A stretch of 64,000 nt of DNA from Bispira polyomma (lineage: Eukaryota). The position numbers and the translations under genes were made by a program. Below the pieces are notes generated by a model. That model did not search any database, had not been told where the DNA came from, and saw only the letters and a list, made by a program, of their open reading frames with translations. The stretch spans positions 58,838,001-58,902,000 of the forward strand of contig OZ287755.1 in the NCBI GenBank assembly GCA_965649765.1, read 5' to 3'. Numbering within the stretch: the stretch's first letter is position 1; the number at the start of each line of letters is the position of its first letter. Below, in pieces: positions 13,501-25,850 of this stretch.

Positions 13501-16500
13501 TTAATTTCAATTTGGAGTACTTCATCCACGCCTGGACAGCAGACAGACAGTCTGCGAGTAGATCAATATTTTTATTTGCATTTGGAGGGTTGAATGAGAG
13601 ATTTACTTGAGTGTCATCGGCATACATGTGGTGTTTTATATTATGATTAGTGATGACAGTGATGTGTACAAAGGGTCAAAAGTAGGGGTTCCCTTATTGC
13701 TGAGCCACGTCTCGGAGATGGCAGCAATATCCAGGTCCTGGGCTATGATCAAATCAATAGCAGCAGGCGCCTTGTTCCACAAGGAAGGGATGTTAAACGC
13801 ACTGATATTTAGCATGGATGCTGGATTTATGCTAACTATAACTTGGGACTTCAATAGCTGTACTCTATACTAACATGTATCCTAATCTATACATATACCT
13901 TACAATGAACCAAATACTATATCTAAATGAATTTAAAAAAAAAAATCTTTACTCTTAATTGGATTGTGAAAATCAGTGTTTGTAGAATGTTCCAATGAAT
14001 GTGTTCTAAAAACCAGGAGACTGAGTACATCAATATGACAGGTAGTCTGGCATTCACTCACCCTATTTCTATCTGCTAGATTTAAAAATCAATGGGAAAA
14101 TCTCAATAGATATAATGGCTTGCTTCAATACACACATAACAGTCATCGGCATAATCCATACACATAAAAGTTTACGCTCCATATTTATTTCTTCATAGTG
14201 TTTCCATAGATGTGTAAGCGTTCTGTATCTGTAACGAAATCACTCAAGCATTGAGAATAATTTTTGACAAATACATTTGGCAGAAGTTGCTTTTTTCTGT
14301 GTAGCATACGTCTGGTTGTTTAAAATTTCAAACTAAATGGTGTTAGAATTATAAAAATCGGACCATTAATAAGAAAGTTATGCTTTAAAAACTGTATGCA
14401 CTAAAATAAATAATCACAAATGTATGGTAAAACATTTTTAATGTGCCTTATTGATACGGGTGATCTTCTAAAGCACAACAACTGAATAAATTGACCAATG
14501 GAGAAGAGCAGTCTAAAAAAATCGAGCCAGGTCATAAGAAAGGATGTTGGGGTGTACAGGGAGGGAAATAAGGCGGTGTAAATGAGTTTGAACAGATCAG
14601 TCCTAAAACAGAAACTTGATACAACTTTCCGTCATCTGTTTGTGGCAGCGAATTAATTTTTTGATGGATACGCATGACGTACACGGATGTATGAAGACAT
14701 AAATTAATATTTGTACATATGATGTGCACGTATGGCTTTTATGTCTGTATGTAAATAGGCCAGGGTTTTAGTTGTGAAGTGAAGACACTCCTAGATCGCA
14801 GTGGTTTGTCAATATCCAGTATTATTATGGATTTATACCAGGATATATAGGATATAGTCTATGTTCAGTGTTCTATTATACTTTATACACAGAACAAATC
14901 CAGACTTGTTTATTGAGAATATTGTTGGTTGCTTTGTTTGGTGTATTTGTCGTCTGTTTCTAAATCCCATTTCAATAGACACGATTGTCAGCCAGAAAGT
15001 AGCACATGAATGTGAATAAACAGGCTTATTAGGTGTGGGTGAAGATTAATGTCCGTCCTTCAACTATTGTGACCTGTGCTTTTCAGTAATTCTTTTTAGG
15101 TCGAAGACCTTTTTAAGAAGAAAGTAGGTCAAATCGCTATGAAAACTGGTTACTATAAAGCCTGAAATGTTACTCAGAACCGGAATAGACCCGCAAAAGT
15201 GTTAATATAATAGACTTAAATAAAATGGACTTCAGCTCAGACCTTTAACCTGCCCTTTTTAAAGGTTATTCTTGTTTATGCCCAAGTTCTCCATATGAAC
15301 TCTAGTTCTAAGTGTAATCCGGATTATATAGATACTGTAATTGTTGTAATTAATGCTCCCCTCCCTCTGGGGGCTCTGCATTTTTCAAAAAAGGGGCCTA
15401 TTTATTAAAGAATTTTTTTGATATATGGCGATGTAACATATTGGTAAAAAAAATCATAGTAATATAAGTATAAAACAGTTTAGCTGTTGTATCTTGATTC
15501 TTAACAATAAGTCAATGCCATTCACATGATGACCTGCATTATCATACAACTATCTAAATGTTTAAAAGGTACCCTAATTGAAAATTTGTTGATAGAATAT
15601 ATTAAATATCATAAAAAATTTAATGCCACTGTTTCAACGATCTTAGGCATGGTGTAGGTTGTATGTTTTTTTGTGGTTTCATTTTGTATTCATTTGATAT
15701 GATATTATGCTAGTTTTATATTTTATACTTGATGTATATTTTCATTTATGTCACTATTGTAATGAAATTTTAAAAAGGCAAATAACACAAAAATTATCTA
15801 ATACACACGTCACTGAAGAAGGAATGTAACAATGTCCTATAATATTTTTGTGTAATATTTGCTAAATTATTGGCATTTAGTGATCGGAAAATCTCTCAAA
15901 ACAGGACGGAGAGGCCTATAATTAGAGAGGGGCCTTTATTACAGAAAATACAGTAGATCTTTTATTTGAATGGCAAGTGTTCCATGGTAAATGTAATAGC
16001 AAAGTCAAAATCTGCTTTAGAATGTGTCATTGCATATTAGTCAATCCAAAAAGAAACCAGCTACAGTGAAGAATCTCTGTTATTCGAATAATCAATTTTA
16101 TGAACACATTCCAACTCTCACAAGTTTATATATTCTTATTGTTTGATTTGCAGAAATAGTCCTGTTCTATTTTATGAACCTTTTATTATCTGAACACAAA
16201 ATCTAACTCTCCCAACATGTTCAGACAATAACTTAAGAAAGCTTCTATCAGTTTAGGAATGCAAGAATTATTACAAATTCACAATCCTTTATATTCTTTA
16301 CTTGTCTAAACAAGTGGGGACACTGTGATGACGCCTCCACGGCAGCAATATTGGATTTTTTCAAAATTTGAAATATGCATTTTAGTTCCTAACTATGGGA
16401 TACACTCACACTAAAAATTAAATCAATCCGTCCCATATGGGATACGTGCCAAACATATCCCGGGACGGCAATAACCTAGAAACATTTTAATCTTTCTTTT

Positions 16501-19500
16501 CTAAAAGGTAAATACTCTACTCAATACTCATACTCAACTCAAATCTAGATTATCTCTCCATAATTCTGGATACAGTAAACAAAAATCAATATCTAGCTTC
16601 ATATTTCGATTTTGTGTTGAAATCTCCATTAAAATGAACGGTCACAAGTACAGATTATTTCTATGTACAAGGATTCCCACACATGGCCTTAGTATCATAT
16701 GTTTGAGTTGAATATGAATTTATAATGCATGAGATACAGACTTGAATATGATAATGATATATGTGCCTTAGAATCTACTTTAATGGAGTTTAAGCACTAT
16801 AAAAGTTTGATTAGATACATAGATAGATAGATAAGGTTGATTGAATACCAGGCCACACTATGATTACTTACCAATGGCTATAGATGCGACAGCTATCGCA
16901 CACCCTATGATTATCCTCACCAAGGAACCAGCTGCAAAGTAAGACATTCATTTATATTAGAATGTAATTGAAAAACAAATTAAATCATTACCATTAATAA
17001 ATATTATTTAAATATTAAATCAAATAAAATTTAGAATAAATTTATGACATAACTTTTAAAGATTATAAAGTGGTGGTGTATCCTACTTTTATTTTGGTTT
17101 ATGACGGAGGGGTAGTTTAGTACCAAAAAGAGACTACAAAGGCTGCACTATAACAATGATGTCCTATTGCGTGGAACTGAAGGAAATCAAATCAAACAAT
17201 ATTTTCAAGGGTGTGAACTCCTTGCTGACAGACATAGGTTCTGGCAAATAAGAAATGGTGTCAGCTGCAAGCCAACAACTTAGGGATCAAAAGGCTATAA
17301 ATAAATCTATATGAAAGTCAGTTATAATGTAAAATATAATAATATTCTTGGCTTACCTGTACCACAGAATACTCCTGCTACTTTATTGTCCTACAAAACA
17401 AAACAAAATCAACAGTAGAGTAGTGCATACCTCCCCTTTTAGTGCCAAAAAGGGAAAATAAATTCCTGGATCCACCCTTTGCCCCAGATCCAGCACATTG
17501 TTTAATGGATTCTTTGTTAACCCATGTCTGTTCCATCTAACAAATTTTGTGTAAATAGATTCCATAGTTTTTATGCAATCCTGGTGACTAACAAACAGAA
17601 CAAGACAAAACCATAGCTTGCCTGGCGGAGATAACAAAATAGAGAATCAATTAAAGGCTATAACTGAAGAAACAAAGTAATGGGGCGGTACACTGAGTAC
17701 ATATAGCTTTTTGTTTATTTCGTTTTTTATTTATGAACGTATGAAAACAGAAGTAAATAAAGTGAAAATTTAAAAAAAAAAAAAAAATGTTTCTGTCACT
17801 TTCTTAATGCATATGAATCATACTTTCGTGCGTTTCTAAATGATTGATTTTTCTTATGTTTTACTTGTAAAACCAACATTTTTGAGCATAAACAAAACGC
17901 AAGCCCAGTCTATGACCAGGCCAATAATTACTGCATGTTTGGAGTAGCCTAGTGGTTAGGGAGTTGGTTTGGTGATCAGAAGATCCCAGGTTTTGACTTC
18001 CGGTACCAGCCGCTAGTTTCATAGGTGAGATAACATATCGTTGGACAAGATGTGTACACACATTTTCCTAGTAGCTCGGATGACCTCTCAAAATGGTAGT
18101 GTCCTCCGTCACTGGGTCCAGTCTGCAGCAGCAGGCTAAATATCACTTGGGGACGTTAATAAATAGTCATCCTCAAGCCTTTCTCTTCAGTTAGAGGAAT
18201 GACAGCAACTGATACAGTGGACTGTTACAGTCAGGAAAGGGTTAATTAGAGCTATGAATATAAATTCAAATTTATTAGTTTGTTGTCAGATAATGTAATT
18301 GGTAGAAAACTGAAAAGCTTTTGAGAAAGGAAGTGTGAGAAATACTTGTAAGCAGGTGCAACATAAAGCAATTTAATCACAAATGGTACCTCATATTTAC
18401 GTCAGAATTTTTTTTCTATGTTCTAAAGGTCACTGCTTCGGTGTCAGAGGCCAAACTGAGGTCACACAGGCATGATTCACAAAAGATATTGGCTTGGCCA
18501 AGATAAGGTTTCAATTTTAACAGCTATTCTATATTTTTATTTCCGTGTATTATTGTAGCATTTTCACATTCTGGTAATAACTTTGATTCGCCAGTCTTTT
18601 TGTAAAGACATTTCTCGTTATTTTTAAATTGTTCTGTGAAAAAAATTAATTAGTTTGTGACCATTCTTAACCATTTAAAACATTCCTAAGTTTGCCTTTA
18701 AACTTTTGTTTCATAGTTTTTGCCTATATTTGCCTGCACAGTAGTGATTATATACTTGCAATAAAACTTTAAACAATCAGGACACATATAACAGCTATTT
18801 TGATATATACTTTTAAAATGTGAGCAAACGAAATGGGCAATTTCATGGATTGGGTGTAACATATATATGGCCAATGTAAAAGTAACTTTTTGGGGTTATC
18901 TAGGGTTTTCTGTCAATCATGTACACTATTTTGTTTGGTAGAACTTAAGACTAGGCTTCCTTGTCATGAATCCCAATGTTAATCAATTTTATATGGGCCG
19001 CCGATCAGACAACTTTTTTGGCTGGTTTATAGTTGGTTCTATGCAGTAGATTAAATATGTGTCACATATTTCACTGGAATAATGGCTTTAAGCATGAATA
19101 TTGCACATAACCAATATAATCCAATAAAAGAATATTGGTCAGGTAGTAATATGTCTTTTCAAAATGTGACTCTAACTAAATGTGACCTACGTAAGTCATA
19201 TTTTTATCGGCTGCAGTAATTGGAAGCATAAATTGGCTGATATCTGACATAAGATAATCAGGGACATGAAAGCATCTCAGGCTTTTAGTTTGTGTCTGTT
19301 TATTAATATGTGATTGGTAAAATCAAGTTTGCTCACATTTTAAAAGTATATATCAAAATAGCTGTTATATGTGTCCTGATTGTTTAAAGTTTTATTGCAA
19401 GTATATAATCACTACTGTGCAGGCAAATATAGGCAAAAACTATGAAACAAAAGTTTAAAGGCAAACTTAGGAATGTTTTAAATGGTTAAGACTCTTAACT

Positions 19501-22500
19501 TAGCTAATACATCTTGACTTAAGATGTATTAGTAGATGTATAGGATTTTGTTATATCAAAGGATTGTCTTTCCTCTTAAAGGCTAGAATTATCAAAATTA
19601 GAATCTACCTTAACTCAGGGCACATATTTACTAACAGACTTAGCCAAGTCTTAGGCTTAAATATATCACAAAAGTATACCAGATTAAAGCCAGTTAAGTG
19701 AATAACTAAGTACAGGCTATGTCTGTTAGTGAACACGGATCAAATAGTGCATCAACTGTAACCTTACAGCCTTTTGAACAAGAGAGTAATATAAATGAAT
19801 CATGAAAACCATATATATATATATATGTGTGTTGACTCACTATACTACACCATGCAGTCAACTCAATAACAAATGCAGGAGAAGCTTTAAGCATCAGCTG
19901 AGTAATATTACATGGGAATTCACTTATAAATGTTACAAGATCAAGGGCCATATTCACAAGTGTTTACTTAGCCTTTATAAGCTTAACATTTATGTCTAAA
20001 ATATTGAGGACAGCGTACTTCAAGTCTCTAAGTGTTATAAGAGCAAAATTCACACTAAACAAAAGATCCAACGATCTTTTCCTACTGTCACTGGAAAGGC
20101 ATAAATATTAACCTTTTCGACTAAAATCAAAAATTTTAAATCTTAAAGACTAAGGCTATTTGTTAACACTAAGACATTTTTTGTGAATACGGTCCAGGCT
20201 TGAGTCATATCTATTTTTAGAGGCAAGAAATCTCTGTTCATTCTGGAGTAAAGCAATTAGTATTGAGCCTAAGAATTTGATTATTGACTAACGTGATGCA
20301 TGTATTACACAATATTTATTTTTACAGTCCAATCTCTGGTACACAGTCTATTTGTTGTAATAAACAAGAGCATAATTACACATAAAAAATTCTTTCCTTC
20401 CAAAGGTTGTGCAATAATACACATAAATGGGAAAATTATAGAACTTAGAAGATAATAGCATTCATAAATAAATTAGAGTGAACACACATAACATACAATT
20501 GTATTGTCACTTAATCTAATGGTGATTAACTGAAGTTAGGTTCGACATTCAGTGGCATTTCACAACAACTGATAGAGAAGTGATGCGTATCTTACAGTAA
20601 GGTGTATCAAATGTGCCAGAAAACTATATAGTGATTGTTTTTTATATTTTTTATAATATTATAGTTATAAAACCAATAAATGCTTTAGAAAAAGACTCAT
20701 TGTGATCTGCTGCCAATAATCGGCAAACACTACGGAATTGATTGTTATTTGAAATTTTCAGATGGCTGATTAACCCTTTAACGACCTTTGAGAGCAGTGG
20801 ACAGCTGTTTATATGACCATTTAATGACCTTGCCTATTTGAGCGGAGTCGATGACCGCTTATATGACTTTGAACCATAGTTGGTGCCCCATATCGACACC
20901 AGTAGATTTATATTGCAGTTTTCGTATCACTAGGTTTGTGTGAAAGTGTTTAATAATATGGTTTCTACAAATTATAGCGAGCACACTGTACATAAGAAGG
21001 TATCTTGAACTCTACATTCTGTATAATATTGATTAAAGCTTACAATCGTGCATACATTATAAGGCCAAATACGGCCGTTTGTGTGGTTTACTGTAAAAAT
21101 GACCCCTCAGTCCTGAAAGGGTTAATATGGATATTGGTCATAATATATGTATTTCCACTACGATTTTTAATACAATTCTTTATATTATGTATATATAGTG
21201 CATGCCATTTATATAAAGCCAAGAAAGAATATCGTACATTCATCTACTTAGCCAGTTTGGCCTAGTCGATAACACATATGCCTAGGAACACAGAGGACCT
21301 GGGTTCGATTCTAGTCTGAGGCACAGATACATTAGTGGCTTAGATGACTACTTAAATGCTGGTGTCCTCGTTCATTTGGGCTCTACCTATTAAAGTAGTA
21401 CGCTAAAGAATCTTAAAGATGTTGATAATTGGTGTCTTATCCTCTGTCTGGCCACAGAGTGGCTTCAGTTAGAAGAATAATAGTTGTTATGCCCCCCCCC
21501 CCCCCCACCATAGGACATATCCACCCCCCACCCTATCAGAAATGTAGGTAAGAAGTAAATCTTGACTGATTTTATAATTTTTATTTATTTTCAATAACAT
21601 ATTAAGAAACATAATAACATAGAAAATTATTTAAGTATATATTATTAACATAAGAATATTTGTAAGTACATATTTTGAACATAAAATATAAGAGGGCCCT
21701 ATGATTAAAGCTTTGAAGTGGATAGTAAGAAGTTATGGGTAGGAAAGACTAAAAGAGACAGATATAATGAAACAGTAAACCAGAGATAAGAAATATAAAC
21801 AGTGTCTCATAGATTATAATACATACATGTATATTAAAACAAAACCCTAATGTATAAAAAATAATTTACAAGGGGGGGTGGGGGGGGTGGGGGGTTTGGT
21901 CCTGTTCCTTGAAAACTGATAGGGGGGGGGGGGAGGGGAGCTTGTGTCCTATGCTTTTAAAAAAGGGGGGCTTTGGTCGGTAGGGGGGGGGGGGCGTATG
22001 TCTGTTTACCATTTCAACACCAGGGGCCGTATTCACAAAGGGACTTAGCCCAGTCTTAGGCTTAAATCAGTATAGTTTTGTGCTAGATATAAGAGTAAGC
22101 CCTGGCTAAGACCTTTCGTGAATACGGCCTCTAGGCCTGTTTTCACAAAAACGTCTCAAGTCAGTATTTTGTCTTAAGTCTAAGACTTTTGTCTCAAATC
22201 TAAAAGGTCTTGCTAACTAGCTCCAGTGTGGTACGATCTAAACAATTACGTGTGATACGATCAGACCATTCGGATGGTGTTTTAACACTGCATCCAGGAC
22301 TAAGTCTGATTGTCACAGATTTAAATTTTAAAAATATGGAATTCCAGTAATTTCACAATTAAAATCCATCTAACCCCCCCCCCCCCCCCCCTCCCTCTCC
22401 TTTACCTATTCATATGTACAGCTGACACACTGCAAGTCTAATACACAAACAAGTACTAATCTCCCCCTTCCTCTAGCTCTTGTTGGCGCACGTCACGCTT

Positions 22501-23243
22501 ATTACATTTTGCGTCATTGCTTGATACAGTGGGTCTGAATAGAGTACTAAAACAATGGTGAGTGTTTTGCCTTTGGATTATCTCTAAAGTGAATGGTATC
22601 TTACATTATAATGATTTTTGGTACAGTACTAGGAAACTTTTGCTCTTTACTATTCCATAACTTAATTGTTAATTAAAACTTCCTCTACTTTTCCTGTATC
22701 CTTAATTAATGCTAATGTTATATATTAATACTGTATTTGTATATTTAATTTCAGTTCACTACCAGTTTTTTTTTATCCTCCCATCTATTTAATGTATGGT
22801 GGCCGATTTTTAACAGGTGGCCGAATTATATAACCAGAAGCCGTAGTTATGTTGTTGAAAAACTTTTGGTATGCCCATATGGTGCCCATCTAATGCCCAG
22901 GCTGGCAATACTGCTTGCCCAACCATTATGGTCATAGCAAGAATTATGAGCACCCCTATTTTTCTAAAACACAAATTTCATAATTCCAAGATATATGTTC
23001 CAAGGTACATATTCTTTGCTTATCAATGGCAGATCAAAATACACAATGCGACATAGACAATTTCATCGTTTAAAATTCAGGGTGAAGATAATTGGTGTAC
23101 GGTTTATAATTGCTAGCCAAGCAGTATAGATATACTGCCCGGACTATATTAGGTACAATCAAATATATATATATACATATATATATATTTTTTTATATAT
23201 ATATAACTTAGATATAATACTTTACCCCCATTCCACCAGCCAT
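7418..23243 (-). CDS. TMEM272: TMEM272-like multi-pass membrane protein, 163 aa; join(23243..23226,17390..17357,16931..16872,12709..12595,8859..8774,7596..7418)
   Basis: Six GT-AG exons with matching phases (18+34+60+115+86+179=492 nt) give MAGGMGDNKVAGVFCGTAGSLVRIIIGCAIAVASIAIGATHLNDCPAEKHIPIYLIVSGSVGIALSIVSMIHQKTKRNSDDNSCSFFMGLEGLMQLFMFAWLIAGSVWVYNLYGNVQHTDPAVDHFCDKTTFWYTFITITISYCFAGLAIMLSVLICCCGCCN*. Motifs CPxExxIPIYLIVxG, FxWxIAGxVWVY and FCDKTxFxxxF..IT match the TMEM272 family; four hydrophobic segments. The symbol indicates family membership, not proven orthology. Confidence 0.88.
8774..8859 (-). CDS. TMEM272-like coding exon 5 (RNSDDNSC...FMFAWLIA)
   Basis: accag acceptor, GCAG|gtaggt donor, phase 2 to 1. 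Confidence 0.9.
8972..9140. mobile_element. pogo/Tigger-like short MITE (relatives at about 11305-11505, 37685-37860, 61350-61510)
   Basis: TIRs cagtagaatctctattat / ataatagaggttttactg. Confidence 0.55.
9190..11285 (+). mobile_element. Decayed Tx1/L1-like LINE ORF2 3' region, interrupted by a MITE
   Basis: KEPCLQSFQYKIINR and C..C..DTIDHHLF.C zinc-binding remnant on either side of the insertion; similar minus-strand 3' fragments near 3365-3660 and 8165-8520. Confidence 0.7.
10015..10872. mobile_element. Non-autonomous DNA transposon (MITE) inserted in the Tx1-like LINE
   Basis: TIRs aggggggttc(t/c)a..; flanks ttaa/ttga; many subterminal cccgac/gtcggg motifs; Harbinger- or Kolobok-like, unresolved. 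Confidence 0.75.
11690..11810 (-). mobile_element. L2-like RT C-terminal fragment
   Basis: LHWLAIQLRIEYKILLL motif. Confidence 0.6.
12185..12336 (-). mobile_element. 5'-truncated SINE-like repeat (copies at about 3890-4030 and 63905-64000)
   Basis: Three highly similar copies of ccactctagtacctgtttagg...gttgatcaa; this copy sits inside a MITE with attgcaagga/attacgagga flanks. Confidence 0.7.
12595..12709 (-). CDS. TMEM272-like coding exon 4 (ATHLNDCPAEKHIPIYLIVSG...HQKT)
   Basis: ttccag acceptor, AAA|gtaagt donor, family motif CPxExxIPIYLIVxG. Confidence 0.92.
12735..13870 (-). mobile_element. L2/CR1-group LINE deletion derivative in a TMEM272-like intron
   Basis: Endonuclease N-terminus (NIPSLWNK..ISETWL) joined almost directly to MYADDTQ, LDYCNS, WNS and the 3'UTR. 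Confidence 0.85.
15333..15956. mobile_element. Tc1/mariner-type MITE
   Basis: TA-flanked imperfect TIRs tactgtaattgttgtaat / attacagaaaatacagta; related fragments near 6750-7050, 36340-36450 and 44870-45020. Confidence 0.55.
16872..16931 (-). CDS. TMEM272-like coding exon 3 (TM1: GSLVRIIIGCAIAVASIAI)
   Basis: ctttgcag acceptor, TTG|gtaagt donor, phase 1 to 1. Confidence 0.87.
17357..17390 (-). CDS. TMEM272-like coding exon 2 (DNKVAGVFCGT)
   Basis: ttttgttttgtag acceptor, ACAG|gtaagc donor, phase 0 to 1. Confidence 0.78.
17941..18210 (+). mobile_element. tRNA-derived SINE
   Basis: A box tagcctagtgg, degenerate B box ggttttgacttcc, body with gctcggatgacc shared with other copies. Confidence 0.75.
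18671..19485. mobile_element. Young TTAA-targeting (piggyBac-like) MITE with perfect 159-bp TIRs
   Basis: 18671..18829 is the exact reverse complement of 19327..19485; TTAA on both flanks; CC...GG termini; no ORF. Confidence 0.85.
20774..21121. mobile_element. piggyBac-like MITE
   Basis: TTAA|CCCTTT...AAAGGG|TTAA. Confidence 0.65.
21250..21480 (+). mobile_element. tRNA-derived SINE (same family on the minus strand at about 2770-3000)
   Basis: tggcctagtcg A box, ggttcgattc B box, shared body and cttcagtta 3' part. Confidence 0.72.
21488..22010. mobile_element. MITE-like element with C-tract/G-tract inverted arms
   Basis: ccccc-taggacata-ccctatcag mirrored by ctgatagggg-tgtgtcctatg-gggg. Confidence 0.45.
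22023..22111. mobile_element. About 90-bp MITE of the ggccgtattcacaaa family (other members at about 19943-20196 and near 7800-8160)
   Basis: TIRs ggccgtattcacaaagg / cctttcgtgaatacggcc. Confidence 0.65.
23226..23243 (-). CDS. TMEM272-like coding exon 1 (MAGGMG); exon including 5'UTR spans 23270..23226
   Basis: tttttcatag acceptor, gcaacATGG start context, GGG|gtaaag donor; phase 0 fits the next exon. Confidence 0.65.
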
Positions 23244-23641
23244 GTTGCTTCTACTGATCCAATAAAAATCCTATGAAAAAGTATAATGTCAACAATTTCT
23301 CAATGTTCCTTCTTTTTTCTGGGTCTGTTAGATTTTTTAAATAGAACTAATACATATATTACAGACAACTATCTGGTATCACAACACCACACACATATCT
23401 ATGTAACTAAAGTTTTGCAATCTGACACAAACTTATATATGTCTATATAGTAAATAAGTCTACCTAATACTGAGCTGGATTGACAACTTGTAATGACGCA
23501 AACACCATGAAGACATTAGTAAGGAAAATCAATTTTTCCTATATTAGTTAATTTTTTATCAAGCACAGCCTGGTATTGTTTACACTCTGATCTGAATAGA
23601 GCACGGTTTCCATGTTGGTAAGCGTTGCTGTGTTGGACATG

Positions 23642-24256
23642 ATATATATGTCGTGACAAGGAGTCTCTGTTGATAGAAACTCCAATTGGAATCTTTGTCG
23701 ACAGAATTTCAAATCTTGTCAGATATATTTGACATAAATCCCAAATTGGAATCTCTGTCCACAGAAATTCAAATCTTCAGTAACATTAAAATTAAATAAT
23801 AATAATATTTATTTATCGAGGATAATATTGTACAATACACTAATGTTACAATATGTACTAATGCTTAAAGGAAATGTTTTTATTCCTTGATGTATGTTAC
23901 AAGTTTAAATTGTATTATTATTGTTTGAATCTCTGTCGACAGAATTTCAAATCTTGTTGACAGGATTTGAAATGCTGTCAACAGAAACTCCAAGTGGAAC
24001 TTCTTTCGAAATTGTTGACAGGATTTGAAATTCTGTCGACAGAAATTTAAATCATGATTAATCATGCACATAGTGAAGAATAAACAAGGATTGGAGTTTC
24101 TGTCGAAAGAGAAATTTAAATCATGATTAATCATGCACATAGTGAAGAATAAACAAAGATTGGAGTTTCTGTCGAAAGAGATTCCAATTGGAGTTTCTGT
24201 CGACAGAATTTCAAATCTTGTCAGATTGGAGTTTCTGTCATGACATACATATATAT
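23642..24256. mobile_element. MITE-like element built of gtcgacagaa-type subrepeats
   Basis: Termini tatatgtcgtgaca / tgtcatgacataca in TA runs; 70-bp internal tandem duplication at 24041-24180. Confidence 0.6.
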
Positions 24257-25164
24257 GCAAGGTCTTCATGGATTAGTTGGAAGTTATCGTCCCAGCCAAA
24301 CTGAGGGATGCAGATTTATATTTCTCACACTGTGCGTCTGTGTCCTTTTCAAAAGACAACTCTTGTTCCTATATTGCTATAGTTTGACAAAAAGGACAGA
24401 AGACACACACACAAGACTTTTCTATAGTGAGGGTGGGGGGGGGAGGGGGATGGTTGAAATGGATTTCTTTACTGGAAGTATAGATTTGTTAAATATATGC
24501 ATAAAAAGGTATGTTTATGTTGAATGGTTGTTTATGTGTGTACTTATCCTATTCTAATAGTTTTTTTTTGCAAAGGTTCCTGTAATACTAATATATACTG
24601 CATATAATTGTTTTTCTAAAGTATCTGTCCTCTTTACCAGCAAGTTTTATTGTGTGGAATAAAGGCTAATTATTAGAAACTAAGAGGGTGGTATTTATTC
24701 CTCACTTCAGATTTGATCCCTTGTCAGGAACTGGACAAAGTACATAATGCCATGTATAATGCGGTGAACACTGATTTATGATCTTGTTATTTGCAGATAA
24801 CATATATTTATTTATTATTATTATTATTATTATAGATTTTCAACGTGCTTTATTGATGCTAGGCATCTTCTAAAGCGCAACAGCAGAATCATTAGTCCAA
24901 TCATTAAGTCCATGGAAATTGCAGAGTCGTAAGGAAGGAAGTGGGAGCGTGCACGAGGAAAGCTAAGGTGGGTATAATATATATATATTTTACATATTTA
25001 TACATGCAATCATAAAACGTTTGGGAAAAATTGAAAAATAATTATTCAGAGGTGCAAACATATTTCAGTATTATATTATGATCTTATGGAACCGTATGGA
25101 GTGTTTATCTCATAATTATGACATATATGTAGTATGTTGTAATTAATAATCCATAATACAATAC

Positions 25165-25850
25165 AATACTTATGTGGTAATTATGATATAGCCTTTTGTG
25201 GCAATCATGATGTGACCTTATGTGGTAATCATGATATGACCTTGTGTGGTAATTATGATATGACCTTGTGTGGTAATCATGATATGACCTTGTGTGGTAA
25301 TTATAATATGACCTTATGTGGCAATTATGTTATGACCTTTTGTGGCAATTATGATATGACCTTTTGTAGCAATTATGATATGACCTTATGAAGTAGTTAT
25401 GATATGACCTTATGTGGCAATTATCATGAACTTTTGTGGTAATTATGGTATGACCTTTTTGTGGCAATTATGATGACCTTATGTGGTTATTATGATATGA
25501 CCTTGTGTCGTAATTATGATATGACCTTGTGTGGTAATTATGATATGACCTTTTGTAGCAATTATGGTATGACCTTTTGTGGCAATTATGATATGACCTT
25601 ATGTGGTAATTATGATATGACCTTATGTGGTAATTATGATATTACCTTATGTGGCAATTATCATGAACTGTTGTGGTAATTATGGTATGACCTTTTTGTG
25701 GCAATTATAATGACCTTATGTGGTTATTATGATATGACCTTGTGTGGTAATAATGATATGACGCTGTTTGGTAATTATTATATCACCTTTTGTGGTAATT
25801 ATGATATGACTTTATCTGGTAATTATGATATGACCTTGTGTGATTATTAC
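25165..25850. repeat. 24-bp minisatellite (atgatatgaccttatgtggtaatt)n
   Basis: About 28 units visible. Confidence 0.95.

Noticed and set aside
17941-18012. tRNA genes at the A/B-box sequences
   Set aside because: Cloverleaves are degenerate and run into repeat bodies; these are SINE heads.
22400-22520. Alternative first exon or promoter for the TMEM272-like gene (TGACG motifs, ATGAATAG|gtaaag)
   Set aside because: Its ATG would be out of frame with exon 2, and short motifs alone are insufficient evidence.
25461-25679. ORF with CGNYDMTL repeats resembling a Cys-repeat protein
   Set aside because: It is the translation of a 24-bp minisatellite; neighbouring units have indels and stops, and there are no splice signals.
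25165-25850. CRISPR-like appearance of the regular repeats (also 1-172 and 43670-44068)
   Set aside because: Units are contiguous with no unique spacers, there are no cas genes, and the context is eukaryotic.
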